The position numbers and the translations under genes are program-made. From assembly GCA_963664435.2 (NCBI GenBank), contig CAXXKM010000003.1, positions 1,376,001 through 1,440,000 of the forward strand: a stretch of DNA of 64,000 nt. Reading direction: 5' to 3'. The notes under the pieces were generated by a model. The model was not told where the DNA came from and did no database searches. It worked only from the letters and a program-made list of their open reading frames with translations. Positions 14,696 through 24,768 of this stretch are shown piece by piece (the first letter of the stretch is position 1; the number at the start of each line of letters is the position of its first letter). Source of the DNA: Longimicrobiales bacterium (GTDB taxonomy: Bacteria; Gemmatimonadota; Gemmatimonadetes; Longimicrobiales; Gaopeijiaceae).

Positions 14696-15437
14696 CGCGG
14701 ACCTCCTCCGCCTCAGGTGAGTCCGGATATCGGTCGAGCAGTCGCTGGCGCGCCTCGACCGCCTCTTCCTCGTATTCAAGGCGCTGGTAGGAGCGATAGA
14801 TGAAGAGCAGGGCTGCCGGCGCCGCGTTCGTATCGGGAAAGCTCTCGAGCGCCTGCTCGAAGTAGATGAGCCCGGAATCCAGCAGGCCCCGCCTGAAGTA
14901 GAACTCGCCCCGGCCGACGTCCCTCCATGCAAGTTTCTCCACCATGACGTCGCGGATCGAATCGGCTTCCGCGGCCTCCGGTGTCCCCGGGTAGTCGAGC
15001 GTCACCGCCTGACAGGACGACAGCGCCTGCACCGTATACTGCTGGTCCCGATCGAGGATCGGAGAAAGACGCGAGTGCGAGCGGCACAGCCCCAGCGCGG
15101 CGTCGCTCATGAGCTCGTGGGTCGGATACGTGCTCGAGAAGCGAACGAATTCGGAGTTGGCGGTGATGTAGTCTCCCTTGTTCAGATAGGCCTGCGCCAG
15201 CAGCATGCGGGCCTCCGCCATCTGATCGAAACCCGGTGCTCCCTGCACCAGCCTCTCAAGCGCCGTCACGGCTTCATCCCAATCCTCGCGATCGAACGCC
15301 TCCTGCGAATACTCGAGCAGCTGAGAGGCGGTCAATCCGAAATAGGGCGGAGTGGATGCGCACGCGACGCACAGGCACACGACCAGCGGGGCAAGCGCCC
15401 AAATCCACGTGCTTCTGCAGGCCCGACTCCTGCCCAT
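14685..15437 (-). CDS. bamD: Outer membrane protein assembly factor BamD (TPR lipoprotein)
   Basis: Lipoprotein signal CVAC, TPR repeats, and BamD-typical YPTH, DRDQQYT, YPGT and YPDS motifs. Confidence 0.85.
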   Translation of the reverse strand: MGRSRACRSTWIWALAPLVVCLCVACASTPPYFGLTASQLLEYSQEAFDREDWDEAVTALERLVQGAPGFDQMAEARMLLAQAYLNKGDYITANSEFVRFSSTYPTHELMSDAALGLCRSHSRLSPILDRDQQYTVQALSSCQAVTLDYPGTPEAAEADSIRDVMVEKLAWRDVGRGEFYFRRGLLDSGLIYFEQALESFPDTNAAPAALLFIYRSYQRLEYEEEAVEARQRLLDRYPDSPEAEEVRDVG

Positions 15438-15528
15438 CACCGACCCCCGTTTCTCCCGAATGGCACCACCTCCGATCCCCTCAATGAAGGATCGCGAAAG
15501 AAGGCGGGCGCGTCCATGAACCGATGCG

Positions 15529-16659
15529 TCATCCTGCCCGGAAAAAGTCCCGAATCGCGCGCGCAACCCGTGCTGCGCCGTCCGCCCCCAACTCCGGAAA
15601 CACGGGAAGGCTGAGCACTTCCCGGCACGCGGTTTCGGCTACCGGGAGATCTCCGGGGCGATATCCGAGTTCCGAAAAACAGGGCTGCAGGTGGAGCGGT
15701 CGCGGGTAGTACACTCCGGTCTCCAGTCCTCGCCGGCGCAGGTGGTCCCGGAGCCGGTCCCTCTCGCGCGCGCGAATCGTGTACTGATGGTAGGTGTGGA
15801 AGTTCCCGGAGAGCACCCGGGGGCGACGGACGCCTGGTACCCCGGCAAGCATCTCGTCGTATACCGCGGCGTTCGCCCTGCGGGACTCCGTCCATTGGGT
15901 CAGTCGGGGAAGCTTCGCGTGCAGTACCGCGGCCTGCAGGGAATCCAGGCGGCTGTTTACGCCGACCGCGTCGTAGCGCCCGCCGCTCACCCCTCCGTGC
16001 ACGCGCAGTCTGCGCAGCAGCCGCGCGAGCGCGTCGTCGTCGGTGACGATCAGCCCGCCGTCGCCGTATCCTCCCAGGTTCTTGGTGGGAAAGAAGCTGA
16101 CGGTTCCCGCCGTTCCCGAAGCCCCCGCGCACGCGATCGCTCCTCCGGGCGTCCGCTGCCGGGCGTCGAGCGCCTGGGCCGCGTCCTCGACCACGTGGGC
16201 GCCCCGTTCGCGCGCGAGCTCGAGCAATTCGGCCATGGGCGCCATCTGTCCGAACAGATGCACGGGCAGGACGACGCGGGTGCGATCGCTCCAGCACGCG
16301 CGCACCGTATTGGCGTTTACGTTGAACGTCTCCGGGTCCACGTCGCAGAAGACCGGACGCAGGCCGGCGTTCCACACCGCTCCCGCGGTCCCGAAAAAGG
16401 TGAATGCGGGCACGATCACTTCGTCCGGGCGACCTGGCCCGAGAGCGCGCAGCACGAGCCAGATGGCGTCGGTGCCGTTGGCGCATCCGACCGCGTGACG
16501 CACGCCGACGCGTTCCGCCACGGCTTCCTCGAACGCTCCGACCGGCGGTCCCAGCACGAACCTCTGGCTTTCGACCACGCCGGCCATGGCGCGGTCGATC
16601 TCCGCCCGCATGGTATCGTACTGCGCCGGCAGGTCGACCAGCGGAGTACGCGTCAGCAC
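15529..16659 (-). CDS. DegT/DnrJ/EryC1/StrS PLP-dependent sugar aminotransferase
   Basis: NGTDA, PVHLFGQ, EDAAQA, SFFPTKNLGGYGDGG and NSRLD motifs. Confidence 0.93.
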   Translation of the reverse strand: MLTRTPLVDLPAQYDTMRAEIDRAMAGVVESQRFVLGPPVGAFEEAVAERVGVRHAVGCANGTDAIWLVLRALGPGRPDEVIVPAFTFFGTAGAVWNAGLRPVFCDVDPETFNVNANTVRACWSDRTRVVLPVHLFGQMAPMAELLELARERGAHVVEDAAQALDARQRTPGGAIACAGASGTAGTVSFFPTKNLGGYGDGGLIVTDDDALARLLRRLRVHGGVSGGRYDAVGVNSRLDSLQAAVLHAKLPRLTQWTESRRANAAVYDEMLAGVPGVRRPRVLSGNFHTYHQYTIRARERDRLRDHLRRRGLETGVYYPRPLHLQPCFSELGYRPGDLPVAETACREVLSLPVFPELGADGAARVARAIRDFFRAG

Positions 16660-17666
16660 GCCCACTCGAGGTCTTCCGGCCAACCCGGCGGGCCGCCGCC
16701 CGGGCTCTCCTCCCCCTCCATCACCCCGCGGCCCTCCTCATCGCCGAAGGACACCCCGAAGCGCAGTTGGTCGATCCAGTGCTCGGCTCGCCGGGCGAGT
16801 GCCCTGGACGCTGACGGATCCTCCCGCGCCGCTCCCCGGAAGGCATCCACGGCCTCGTCGCAGCGGGCGAAGGAGACCAGCAGTTCGCCCATCTCATAAT
16901 AGGCCCGGGCCAGGTGGGTCCGGGGTTCGCCGCGAGCCACGGTCTCCTGGATCAGGGTCAGGGCCCCTTCATGGTCGCCGTCATCACGGTATTCCTGCGC
17001 GAGATCGTAGGAGCACTTGCCGATGTGCCACCCGGCATCGCGCTGCTGCCGTGTCGGTACGGCCTCCGTGAACTGCCCGTAGAAGGCGAGAGCGGCCTCG
17101 CAGGCTCCCACTTCCTCGTAGGCGAGGGCGGCTTCATACAGCACCTCCGGCACCGAATCCCCCGAGAGCGCCCGCTGGAAGAAGACGAGCGCGCGCGCGT
17201 GCTCCCCGTTGGCCGCATAGTGAGAGGCCAGGGGGAAGGCCAGACGCGCGAAGTTGACGTCCGGATTGAGCTCCGCGGCAGCCTCCAGCGCGGATGCAAG
17301 GGCGAAGCGATCCGCCTGCTGCTGGGCGGTGCGCGCCAGGCGAACCAGGTCGGAAACCGCCTGGTCGGCCAGGTCGGGCTCGAGGTCGATGGCGCGTCGG
17401 TAGGCCTGCCTGGCCTCGTCCACTCGCCCCAGTCGGGCGTAGGCATGCGCCACCCGCAGATGCGCGTCTCCGGAGTTGGCTCCGCGCCGCGCGGCCAGCC
17501 GGTACTCGGCGAGCGCTTCCTCGTAGTCGCCGTGCGCCCAGGCCTGGTCGCCGCGCAGGGTTGCGCCGTCCTCCGCTGCGCCTGCCACGCAGCCGGATAC
17601 CGCAACTGCGATCAGGCAGCCCCGCAGGAGCCACCCGGCGACCTTCTCCCTCCCGTGCTCAGGCAT
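16653..17666 (-). CDS. Tetratricopeptide-repeat lipoprotein
   Basis: Lipobox-like AVSGC and several TPR-like helical repeats (YEEALAEYRLA, VDEARQAYRRAI). Confidence 0.75.
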   Translation of the reverse strand: MPEHGREKVAGWLLRGCLIAVAVSGCVAGAAEDGATLRGDQAWAHGDYEEALAEYRLAARRGANSGDAHLRVAHAYARLGRVDEARQAYRRAIDLEPDLADQAVSDLVRLARTAQQQADRFALASALEAAAELNPDVNFARLAFPLASHYAANGEHARALVFFQRALSGDSVPEVLYEAALAYEEVGACEAALAFYGQFTEAVPTRQQRDAGWHIGKCSYDLAQEYRDDGDHEGALTLIQETVARGEPRTHLARAYYEMGELLVSFARCDEAVDAFRGAAREDPSASRALARRAEHWIDQLRFGVSFGDEEGRGVMEGEESPGGGPPGWPEDLEWAC

Positions 17667-17733
17667 GCGTCCCCTACCGGGCTCGCGCCCCACAGGTTCC
17701 GGGACGCTGGCCGCGTCGCACCGGGCAAGGCGG

Positions 17734-19083
17734 TTACGCGAGGCCACCCTTCACGATCCACCCCACCCCGCGGCGGGAAGCCGCCCGCGCCTTCGTTCCC
17801 GCCGTGGCGTTGCGGGCGTCCACCAGCAACCGCGACTTCGCGACGATTCCGCGCATGTCGAAGCAGGAGTGGTCGGTAAGGATCAACACCACATCCGCCC
17901 GACCCAGCAGCGAAGGGGTCAGCGCGACCGATTCCCGCAGGCCGGTCCGCTCGTCGTTGAGGGACGGCACGTAGGGGTCGTGGTAGCGGACGCGGGCGCC
18001 CGCTTCCTCCAGCAGTTCGATGATGTAGAGCGCCGGAGATTCCCGTACGTCGTCGATGTCCTTCTTGTACGCGACTCCCAGAATCACCACGGTGGAATCC
18101 CTGACCGCCTTGCCCTCGGCGTTCAGCGCGTCGCGAACCTGGTCTACGACGAACCGGGGCATGCTCGCGTTGATCTCCGACGCCAGCTCGATGAAGCGGG
18201 TGCGGAAGTCGAGCGTGCGCATCTTCCAGGACAGATAGTGGGGATCGACGGGGATGCAGTGCCCCCCGAGGCCGGGACCCGGGACGAAGCGCATGAACCC
18301 GAATGGCTTGGTGGCGGCCGCCTCGACCACCTCCCAGATGTCCACGCCCAGCTGATCGGCGATGAGGGCGGTCTCGTTCACCAGCCCGATGTTCACGGCC
18401 CGGAAGGTGTTCTCCAGGATCTTGCTGAGTTCGGCCACCTCCGCGCTCGACACCGGCACCATGCGGTCGATGAAGCGGCTGTAGAACGCCTCACCGGCGG
18501 CCGTGCACCGGGACGTCACGCCCCCGATCACCCTGGGCGTGTTGCGCGTCGTCCAGACCTGGTTTCCCGGATCCACGCGCTCCGGCGAAAAACAGAGGAA
18601 GAAGTCCTCCCCCACAACCAGGCCGCTCTTCGCCAGTTCTCCGAGCACTACCTCCCGGGTCGTGCCGGGATAGGTGGTGGACTCCAGCACGACCAGTTGG
18701 CCGGGCCGCAATCCCGCGGCAACCGAGGATGCAGCCGCCAGGATGAAGGAGATGTCGGGATCACGGGTTTTCGACAGCGGGGTCGGGACGCTGATCGCGA
18801 TGACCTCGCAATCCGGAAGGCGGGACATGTCCGCGGTCGCCCGGAGCACGCCTCGCTCCGTGAGTGCGGCCAGGCGACTCGAGGGCAGGTCGCGGATATG
18901 GCTCTCGCCCGCGTTGACCCCGTCCACGACGCATTCGTCGATATCGAAACCGATGACGCGTATCCCGGCTTCGCCGACGATGGCGGCAAGGGGCAGTCCA
19001 ACGTAGCCGAGCCCGATCACCCCCATGGTGAGGCTGCCGGAACGGAAATGCTCCAGCACCGGGTCCCGCGTGTGGTCGTTCAT
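17734..19083 (-). CDS. Nucleotide-sugar 6-dehydrogenase (UDP-GlcNAc/GalNAc dehydrogenase family, WbpA/WbpO-like)
   Basis: GLGYVGLP, ESTTYPGTT, SPERVDPGN and GPGLGGHCIPVDP motifs. Confidence 0.93.
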   Translation of the reverse strand: MNDHTRDPVLEHFRSGSLTMGVIGLGYVGLPLAAIVGEAGIRVIGFDIDECVVDGVNAGESHIRDLPSSRLAALTERGVLRATADMSRLPDCEVIAISVPTPLSKTRDPDISFILAAASSVAAGLRPGQLVVLESTTYPGTTREVVLGELAKSGLVVGEDFFLCFSPERVDPGNQVWTTRNTPRVIGGVTSRCTAAGEAFYSRFIDRMVPVSSAEVAELSKILENTFRAVNIGLVNETALIADQLGVDIWEVVEAAATKPFGFMRFVPGPGLGGHCIPVDPHYLSWKMRTLDFRTRFIELASEINASMPRFVVDQVRDALNAEGKAVRDSTVVILGVAYKKDIDDVRESPALYIIELLEEAGARVRYHDPYVPSLNDERTGLRESVALTPSLLGRADVVLILTDHSCFDMRGIVAKSRLLVDARNATAGTKARAASRRGVGWIVKGGLA

Positions 19084-19141
19084 GCCCTGGGTCCGGAGTC
19101 CCGGACCGCCCCGGAAGGGCGCTCGGGGGACGGGAACCCGG

Positions 19142-19360
19142 TCAGGCTTCCCCGCTCGGCTGGAACCGCGGCGCCTTCCTGACCCTTCCAGCGGAAATGC
19201 AGCGGGTGCATACCCGGGCCTTCCGGCGCCGCCCGCCGTCGTCGAAGACGCGAACGGTCTGGATGTTCGGTAGCCACCGGCGCCGGCTCTTGTTGTGGGC
19301 GTGGCTCACGTTGTTGCCGGTCGCGGGCCCTTTGCCGCACAATTCACACACTTTCGCCAT
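19142..19360 (-). CDS. rpmB: 50S ribosomal protein L28 (CxxC...CxxC form)
   Basis: [34 protein letters not shown]...CTRC. Confidence 0.97.
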   Translation of the reverse strand: MAKVCELCGKGPATGNNVSHAHNKSRRRWLPNIQTVRVFDDGGRRRKARVCTRCISAGRVRKAPRFQPSGEA

Positions 19361-19442
19361 CTGCTCGCCTGATCCGTTAACCGCCGTAGCGGAGCCTCTC
19401 CTGTGGTCGCGAAACCGCCACTGCGGCCGGCGCGACCAGGGG

Positions 19443-20027
19443 TTACTGGGATCCGCCTCCCGGCGGAGAAGCCTCCTCCGTCCCGGTCTCCTCGGCCTCG
19501 GAAGCGCTCGGTTCGAAATGGACCAATTCCAGGAACACATCCGCGAATTCGGCCTCAAGGCGGCCTGTCGGGGTGTTGTCGAACGCCCCCTGGCCCTCCC
19601 AGGCATCCAGCGTGCTGTCGCTCATGATGCGCAGCGTACCCACCACAAAGCTGGCGGTCTCACCGGAGGAAACTGTCACCGGCACGGAGTCTCCGGTCAA
19701 TTCCGGCCCCATCTTCATGAAGAAGTTGTCCTCGTTGGGTAGCTGGGTCCAGAAGGCCTGGTCGCCCACCCGGCTGACCACGGTGATGTCGGGGACCCGA
19801 AGCAGCGCTCCCTCGAACTGCCGCGCGTTCGCCTCCAGCGACGACGCCGCGATCGGGATCGCGTCGGCGAACGGATCCTCCTCCGGGGCGGTCACCACTG
19901 CGCTGGTCGTCCCGACCGCCGTAACGTTGAGCCAGTAGAGAAAGCCCGCGATGCCCAGGAAGGCCACGATCATGAGTGGAAGTGCCGCCTTTTCGGCCGC
20001 GCCCCGGCGTGATCCGAGATCGAGCAT
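19443..20027 (-). CDS. Hypothetical single-pass membrane protein
   Basis: Fills the rplQ-rpmB gap on the same strand; one N-terminal TM ([18 protein letters not shown]) and an acidic, beta-rich soluble domain. Confidence 0.75.
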   Translation of the reverse strand: MLDLGSRRGAAEKAALPLMIVAFLGIAGFLYWLNVTAVGTTSAVVTAPEEDPFADAIPIAASSLEANARQFEGALLRVPDITVVSRVGDQAFWTQLPNEDNFFMKMGPELTGDSVPVTVSSGETASFVVGTLRIMSDSTLDAWEGQGAFDNTPTGRLEAEFADVFLELVHFEPSASEAEETGTEEASPPGGGSQ

Positions 20028-20052
20028 GGTCCGGTGCCCCCGCGTTTTGAAG

Positions 20053-20412
20053 TTAGTCTCGTTCCACGAGTTCGATGAGAGCCATCTCGGCCGCGTCGCC
20101 CCTCCGGTGGCGCAGCTTGAGGACGCGCGTGTACCCGCCGGGACGGCGGGCAAACCCCGGAGCGATCTCGTCGAACAACCTCCCCTGAACTTCTCGATCC
20201 GCGATCTTTCGCGCAACGAGCCTGCGGGCGTGGAGGTCGCCCCGCTTGGCCAGCGTAATCAGGCGCTCCGCGTAGGGGCGGAGTTCCTTCGCCTTCGCGG
20301 TCGTGGTCTCGATTCTGCCGTGCCGGAAGAGCGCGGTCGCCATGTTGCGTAGAACCGCCCGCCGATGGCTGGCGGTCCGAGAAAGGCTGCGTCCGGTTTT
20401 GCGATGGCGCAT
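20053..20412 (-). CDS. rplQ: 50S ribosomal protein L17
   Basis: MRHRK...[15 protein letters not shown] and RRGDAA motifs. Confidence 0.98.
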   Translation of the reverse strand: MRHRKTGRSLSRTASHRRAVLRNMATALFRHGRIETTTAKAKELRPYAERLITLAKRGDLHARRLVARKIADREVQGRLFDEIAPGFARRPGGYTRVLKLRHRRGDAAEMALIELVERD

Positions 20413-20450
20413 GAGTCGTCGAGGTTCAGTTGCCTGGCGGCGTATGAATT

Positions 20451-21500
20451 CTATTCACCGGACGGTTCCTCTGACCCGGAGGCGGTCTCTTCCTCGGCCA
20501 GGAACCACTCACCGTCCGGACCCGTCGTCAGCGGCATTCCGAGTTCGATGGAGTGTTCGCCCAGGAATGCGAGGAGTTCCTCCATCGACTTCTGTCCGAA
20601 GTTGTCGATGTTGAGGACCTGCTCCGCCGTGCGTCGCACGAGGTCGCCAAGGGTGCGGAGGTTTTCCTTCTGCAGCGAGTTGCGCGATCGCACGGAGATC
20701 TCGGTCACTTCCTCGATGGGACGCGCAAGCTGCATGCGGATGCGCGCGGGCAGCGGGACCGTCCCGGGCGCGGGTGGCTCGGGAGCCCCGTTGGCGCTGA
20801 AGCTCAGCATGTACTCGAGGTACCTGCGCACCAGCGCCGCGGCGTTGGCCATCGCCTGCTCGGGACGAACGGATCCGTCGGTTTCCACCCTGAACGAAAG
20901 CCGGTCGAAGTCCGTGCGCTCGCCGACCCGAGTCTCCTCGACCGTGAAGTTCGCGCGGCGCACCGGATTGTAGATCGCATCGATCGGCACCAGGTCGACG
21001 GGAGTTCCCTCCGGACGGGGGTGCTGGTCGGAGAGCACGAAGCCACGCCCCTTGTTGACGTAGAGCTCCATGCTCAGGCTGCGGTCCCCCTCGAGCGTGA
21101 GAATGTGCTGATCCGCGTCGAGCACCTCGACGGCTGCCGGCGCGTTGATGTCGGCCGCCGTAACCGGCCCCGAGGCGTCCACGTGGAGGGTGAGCTTGGC
21201 TTCGTCCACATCTTCGTCGAGGGTGAGCACGAGGGCCTTCAGGTTCTGAATGACCTGATGCACATCCTCGACCACGCCCTGGATGGTCTGGTGTTCGTGC
21301 ACGACGCCCTCTATGCGGAACGCCCATATGGCCGCGCCCCGCAACGACGACACCAGAGCGCGCCGGACGGAGTTCCCCAGCGTGTAGCCATAGCCGCGCT
21401 CCAGCGGCTGCATGACGAACTCCGCGGTCTTTCCGTCGTCGCTGAAGCCCGTCACTTCGACGTGCTCGGGAAGTACCAGCCCGGTCAGATCGATCTCCAC
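20451..21500 (-). CDS. rpoA: RNA polymerase alpha subunit
   Basis: [16 protein letters not shown] and DAIYNPV motifs; alpha-[11 protein letters not shown]...NFGQKS. Confidence 0.97.
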   Translation of the reverse strand: MEIDLTGLVLPEHVEVTGFSDDGKTAEFVMQPLERGYGYTLGNSVRRALVSSLRGAAIWAFRIEGVVHEHQTIQGVVEDVHQVIQNLKALVLTLDEDVDEAKLTLHVDASGPVTAADINAPAAVEVLDADQHILTLEGDRSLSMELYVNKGRGFVLSDQHPRPEGTPVDLVPIDAIYNPVRRANFTVEETRVGERTDFDRLSFRVETDGSVRPEQAMANAAALVRRYLEYMLSFSANGAPEPPAPGTVPLPARIRMQLARPIEEVTEISVRSRNSLQKENLRTLGDLVRRTAEQVLNIDNFGQKSMEELLAFLGEHSIELGMPLTTGPDGEWFLAEEETASGSEEPSGE

Positions 21501-21579
21501 GCGCCCCTCCGTGGCATTTTCGACAGCATCCGTTGGATGAATGGGAAATCAAACCCCGGATTTCTTCCAGAAGTCCGAT

Positions 21580-22215
21580 TCACTTCGAGTACAGCTCCAC
21601 GATCAACTGCTCCTGGACGGCCATCGGCACGTCCTGGCGGGTTGGGAGCCGCAGCACTCGCCCGACCCGCGTCTTCTCGTCCACGGCCAGCCATTCGGCG
21701 GTGTCCGGACGGACGCGCGACTCGAGGCTGGCCTGAACCGGCAGCAGGTCCCGCGACCTTGCCTTGATGGCGACATCGTCGCCGCTGTCCACGGCATAGC
21801 TGGGTACGTCGACGATGCGCCCGTTGACTTCGACGTGGCGGTGACGGACCAGCTGACGCGCCTGACTGCGACTCGCGGCAAAGCCGAGTCGGAAGACGAC
21901 GTTGTCCAGGCGCCGCTCGAGGGCCACCAGCAGGTTCTCCCCGGTGACGCCCGACTGGTGTGCCGCCGTGTTGAACAGGTTGCGGAACTGCCGCTCCTGC
22001 AGCCCGTAGATTCGCTTGGTCTTCTGCTTTTCGCGCAACTGGACCGCGTAGTCGGAGCGCTTCCGGCGGCGGGCCTGCGCGGGACCATGCTGGCCGGGCG
22101 GGTACGCCCTGCGCTCGATCGGACATTTCTCCGTGTAGCACTTCAGGCCCTTCAGGAAGAGTTTCTGCCCTTCCCGACGGCAAAGCTTGCAAACAGGTCC
22201 GGTGTACCGCGCCAT
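21580..22215 (-). CDS. rpsD: 30S ribosomal protein S4 (Cys-containing form)
   Basis: MARYTGPVCKLCRREG, LERRLDNVVFRLG and VELYSK motifs. Confidence 0.98.
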   Translation of the reverse strand: MARYTGPVCKLCRREGQKLFLKGLKCYTEKCPIERRAYPPGQHGPAQARRRKRSDYAVQLREKQKTKRIYGLQERQFRNLFNTAAHQSGVTGENLLVALERRLDNVVFRLGFAASRSQARQLVRHRHVEVNGRIVDVPSYAVDSGDDVAIKARSRDLLPVQASLESRVRPDTAEWLAVDEKTRVGRVLRLPTRQDVPMAVQEQLIVELYSK

Positions 22216-22227
22216 CCGTTTCCCTTC

Positions 22228-22623
22228 CTATACCCGGCGCTTCTTGGGCGGCCGGCAACCGTTGTGCGGCAATGGGGTCACGTCCTCGATGGCCATGATG
22301 TGCAGGCCGGCCGCGTAGAGTGCCTGGATGGCGGACTCGCGGCCCGACCCGGGCCCCTGTACACGCACGCTGACGCGCCGGACTCCGAGGCTCACGGCTT
22401 CCCGCCCTGCCTGCTCGGCGGCGACAGTGGCGGCGAAGGGTGTCGACTTCTTGGAGCCCTTGAACCCCGCCTTGCCGGCGCTCGACCAGACGACCGTATT
22501 GCCCGCCGAATCGGTGATGGTGATGATCGTGTTGTTGAAGGTCGCCTTGATGTGTGCCACGCCTTCGGCTTCAACAACCTTCTTCGTACGCCGGACTCGA
22601 GCCGGCTTTCGTCCTTTTGCCAC
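22228..22623 (-). CDS. rpsK: 30S ribosomal protein S11
   Basis: [14 protein letters not shown] and [13 protein letters not shown] motifs. Confidence 0.98.
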   Translation of the reverse strand: MAKGRKPARVRRTKKVVEAEGVAHIKATFNNTIITITDSAGNTVVWSSAGKAGFKGSKKSTPFAATVAAEQAGREAVSLGVRRVSVRVQGPGSGRESAIQALYAAGLHIMAIEDVTPLPHNGCRPPKKRRV

Positions 22624-22641
22624 GCGCGTCTTTCCTCGGCC

Positions 22642-23022
22642 CTACTTCCTGGGAGCCTTCTTCTTGCCGGCGATGGCCCGGCGGCGGCCCTTGTGGGTGC
22701 GGGCGTTCGTGTGAGTCCTCTGCCCTCTGACGGGGAGTCCGCGGCGATGACGCAATCCGCGGTAGCAGCCGATGTCCATCAGTCGCTTGATGTTCATCGA
22801 CACCTCGGTCCTGAGCGCGCCCTCCACCTTCAGCTCCGTCTCGATCTGCCTGCGCAACCGGCTGACATCCTCGTCGCTGAGGTTGAAGGTGCGTCTGTCG
22901 GGATCCACGCCGGTCGCGTCCAGAATCTCCCTGGCGCGCGTGGGGCCGACCCCGTAAATGTAGGTAAGCGCAACTTCTACGCGCTTGTTGCGCGGAAGAT
23001 CGACGCCTGCGATTCGTGCCAC
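22642..23022 (-). CDS. rpsM: 30S ribosomal protein S13
   Basis: GTG start [24 protein letters not shown] motif. Confidence 0.98.
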   Translation of the reverse strand: MARIAGVDLPRNKRVEVALTYIYGVGPTRAREILDATGVDPDRRTFNLSDEDVSRLRRQIETELKVEGALRTEVSMNIKRLMDIGCYRGLRHRRGLPVRGQRTHTNARTHKGRRRAIAGKKKAPRK

Positions 23023-23050
23023 GGCTCGCGTTCCGAAACTCGGGAAATCC

Positions 23051-23167
23051 CTAACCCTGCCGCTGCTTGTGGCGAGGGTTGCGTGCGCAGATGACGCGGA
23101 CGACGCCACGCCTGCGGATCACCTTGCAGTGCTCGCAGATGGCCTTCACGCTGCTCCGCACTTTCAT
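23051..23167 (-). CDS. rpmJ: 50S ribosomal protein L36 (zinc-ribbon form); not in the ORF track
   Basis: My translation is [38 protein letters not shown]. Confidence 0.97.
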   Translation of the reverse strand: MKVRSSVKAICEHCKVIRRRGVVRVICARNPRHKQRQG

Positions 23168-23218
23168 TTCGGCCGGTCCTTGGCAACGGGGTGGTCTGCT
23201 TCACTGCATAGAAATTCA

Positions 23219-23247
23219 AAGGTAACCGAAAGCCCGCCTGGACTCAA
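23219..23247 (-). promoter_or_regulatory. Putative sigma70 promoter for the rpmJ/alpha operon
   Basis: Minus strand reads TTGAGT-N17-TACCTT in the AT-richer map-rpmJ spacer. Confidence 0.6.
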
Positions 23248-23258
23248 TGGCCATTCCG

Positions 23259-24035
23259 TCATGTGGAGGCGGGCACCGGGCGCGGGGCGGCGGTCAGCAC
23301 CCGTGCTCCCCTTCCGGTGACGGCTACCGTGTGCTCGAAGTGGGCGGAGCGCGAACCGTCGCTGGTCACCACGGTCCATCCGTCGTCGAGCGTGCGGATG
23401 GACGCGGCTCCGGCGCTCAGCATGGGTTCGATCGCGAGAACCATCCCCTCGAGCAGGCGCGGACCCTGGCCGGGACGACCGAAGTTGGGCACCTGGGGCG
23501 CTTCGTGCACCTCCCGCCCCACCCCGTGGCCGACCAGATCACGGACGACGGCGAATCCGGTTCCACGGACCGTGGCCTCAACGGCCGCGCCGATGTCGCC
23601 GACGTGATTCCCCGGCATCGCCGCGGCGATCGCCCGATCCAGCGCCTGCCTGGTGACCTCCAGCAGACGGCGGGTCGCCGCGTCCACCTCCCCTACCGTG
23701 AACGTGCTTGCCGAGTCCGAGCACCACCCGTTGAGCTTGACGCCCACGTCCAGCGAAACAATGTCACCGTCCGCGAGAATGCGGCTCGGGCTGGGAATCC
23801 CGTGCACGACTTCCGCATTGGTCGAGGTGCACACGGCGCCGGGGAAACCGTAGAGTCCCTTGAACGCCGGAATTGCGCCGTCGTGGGAGCGGATGAAATC
23901 CTCGCACAGGCGGTCGAGTTCGGCCGTCGTGACACCGGGGCGCACAACGTCCTCCAGCACGCCCAGAAGTTCGCCGATGATGCCCCCGCCCCGGGCGATT
24001 TCGGCGATCTCGGGTTCGCTCTTCAGTCGGATCAC
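23259..24035 (-). CDS. map: Type I methionine aminopeptidase
   Basis: VVHGIP, DVG...DSA, GHGVG..VHE.P, AIEPM and SAHFEHT motifs. Confidence 0.97.
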   Translation of the reverse strand: MIRLKSEPEIAEIARGGGIIGELLGVLEDVVRPGVTTAELDRLCEDFIRSHDGAIPAFKGLYGFPGAVCTSTNAEVVHGIPSPSRILADGDIVSLDVGVKLNGWCSDSASTFTVGEVDAATRRLLEVTRQALDRAIAAAMPGNHVGDIGAAVEATVRGTGFAVVRDLVGHGVGREVHEAPQVPNFGRPGQGPRLLEGMVLAIEPMLSAGAASIRTLDDGWTVVTSDGSRSAHFEHTVAVTGRGARVLTAAPRPVPAST

Positions 24036-24039
24036 GTCG

Positions 24040-24726
24040 TCACGCCGTTCCGTGGGACCTCGGTTCGGACTCGCCCGCCGACATGCGCCGCAAGGCCGCC
24101 CGCACCGACCGATACGTCTCTTCGATGCCCTGGGTGCCGTCCAGGCGCGCCACCAGCGGCCCGCCTTCCTCGTAGTACGCGACGATGGGTTCCGTCTGCG
24201 CCTCATAGACCCCAAGACGGCGGAGTATGGTCTGCGGACGATCGTCCTTCCGATGGATCAGGGCCTCTCCGGTGTCGTCGCAGACACCGTCCACGCGCGG
24301 CGGATCGTCGTGAATGTTGTAGACTCGCCCGTTCGGGCTGATGCGGCGCCCGCCGATTCTGCGCAGCACCACTCGCTCCGGCACGTCCAGCACGACAACG
24401 CCCTGCACGGCCCGTCCGGTGCGCGCGAGCGCCTCGTCCAGCGCCCGCGCCTGGGGCAGTGTCCGCGGAAAACCATCGAAGAGAATCGGCGCGTCCGCGG
24501 GAAGCTCCCCCAGGGTCTCCTCCACCAGGGCGACGATCACCTCGTCCGGAACCAGTTCTCCCGCGTCCATGTAGCGCCGGGCCTCTTCACCCAGTTCGGT
24601 GCCCGCCTGGCGCGCGGCGCGGAGCAGATCTCCCGTGGCGATCTTGCGAAAGCCCACATCGCGGATGAGTTTCGCGCTCTGCGTGCCCTTGCCGGCACCG
24701 GGGGGACCCAGGAAAACGGCGATCAT
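24040..24726 (-). CDS. adk: Adenylate kinase
   Basis: GPPGAGKGTQ, GELVPD, DGFPR and RKDD motifs. Confidence 0.97.
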   Translation of the reverse strand: MIAVFLGPPGAGKGTQSAKLIRDVGFRKIATGDLLRAARQAGTELGEEARRYMDAGELVPDEVIVALVEETLGELPADAPILFDGFPRTLPQARALDEALARTGRAVQGVVVLDVPERVVLRRIGGRRISPNGRVYNIHDDPPRVDGVCDDTGEALIHRKDDRPQTILRRLGVYEAQTEPIVAYYEEGGPLVARLDGTQGIEETYRSVRAALRRMSAGESEPRSHGTA

Positions 24727-24768
24727 GGTTCTCGCGGCAGACCTCGGGCAGCGCTCAGGCGGGGCGCA

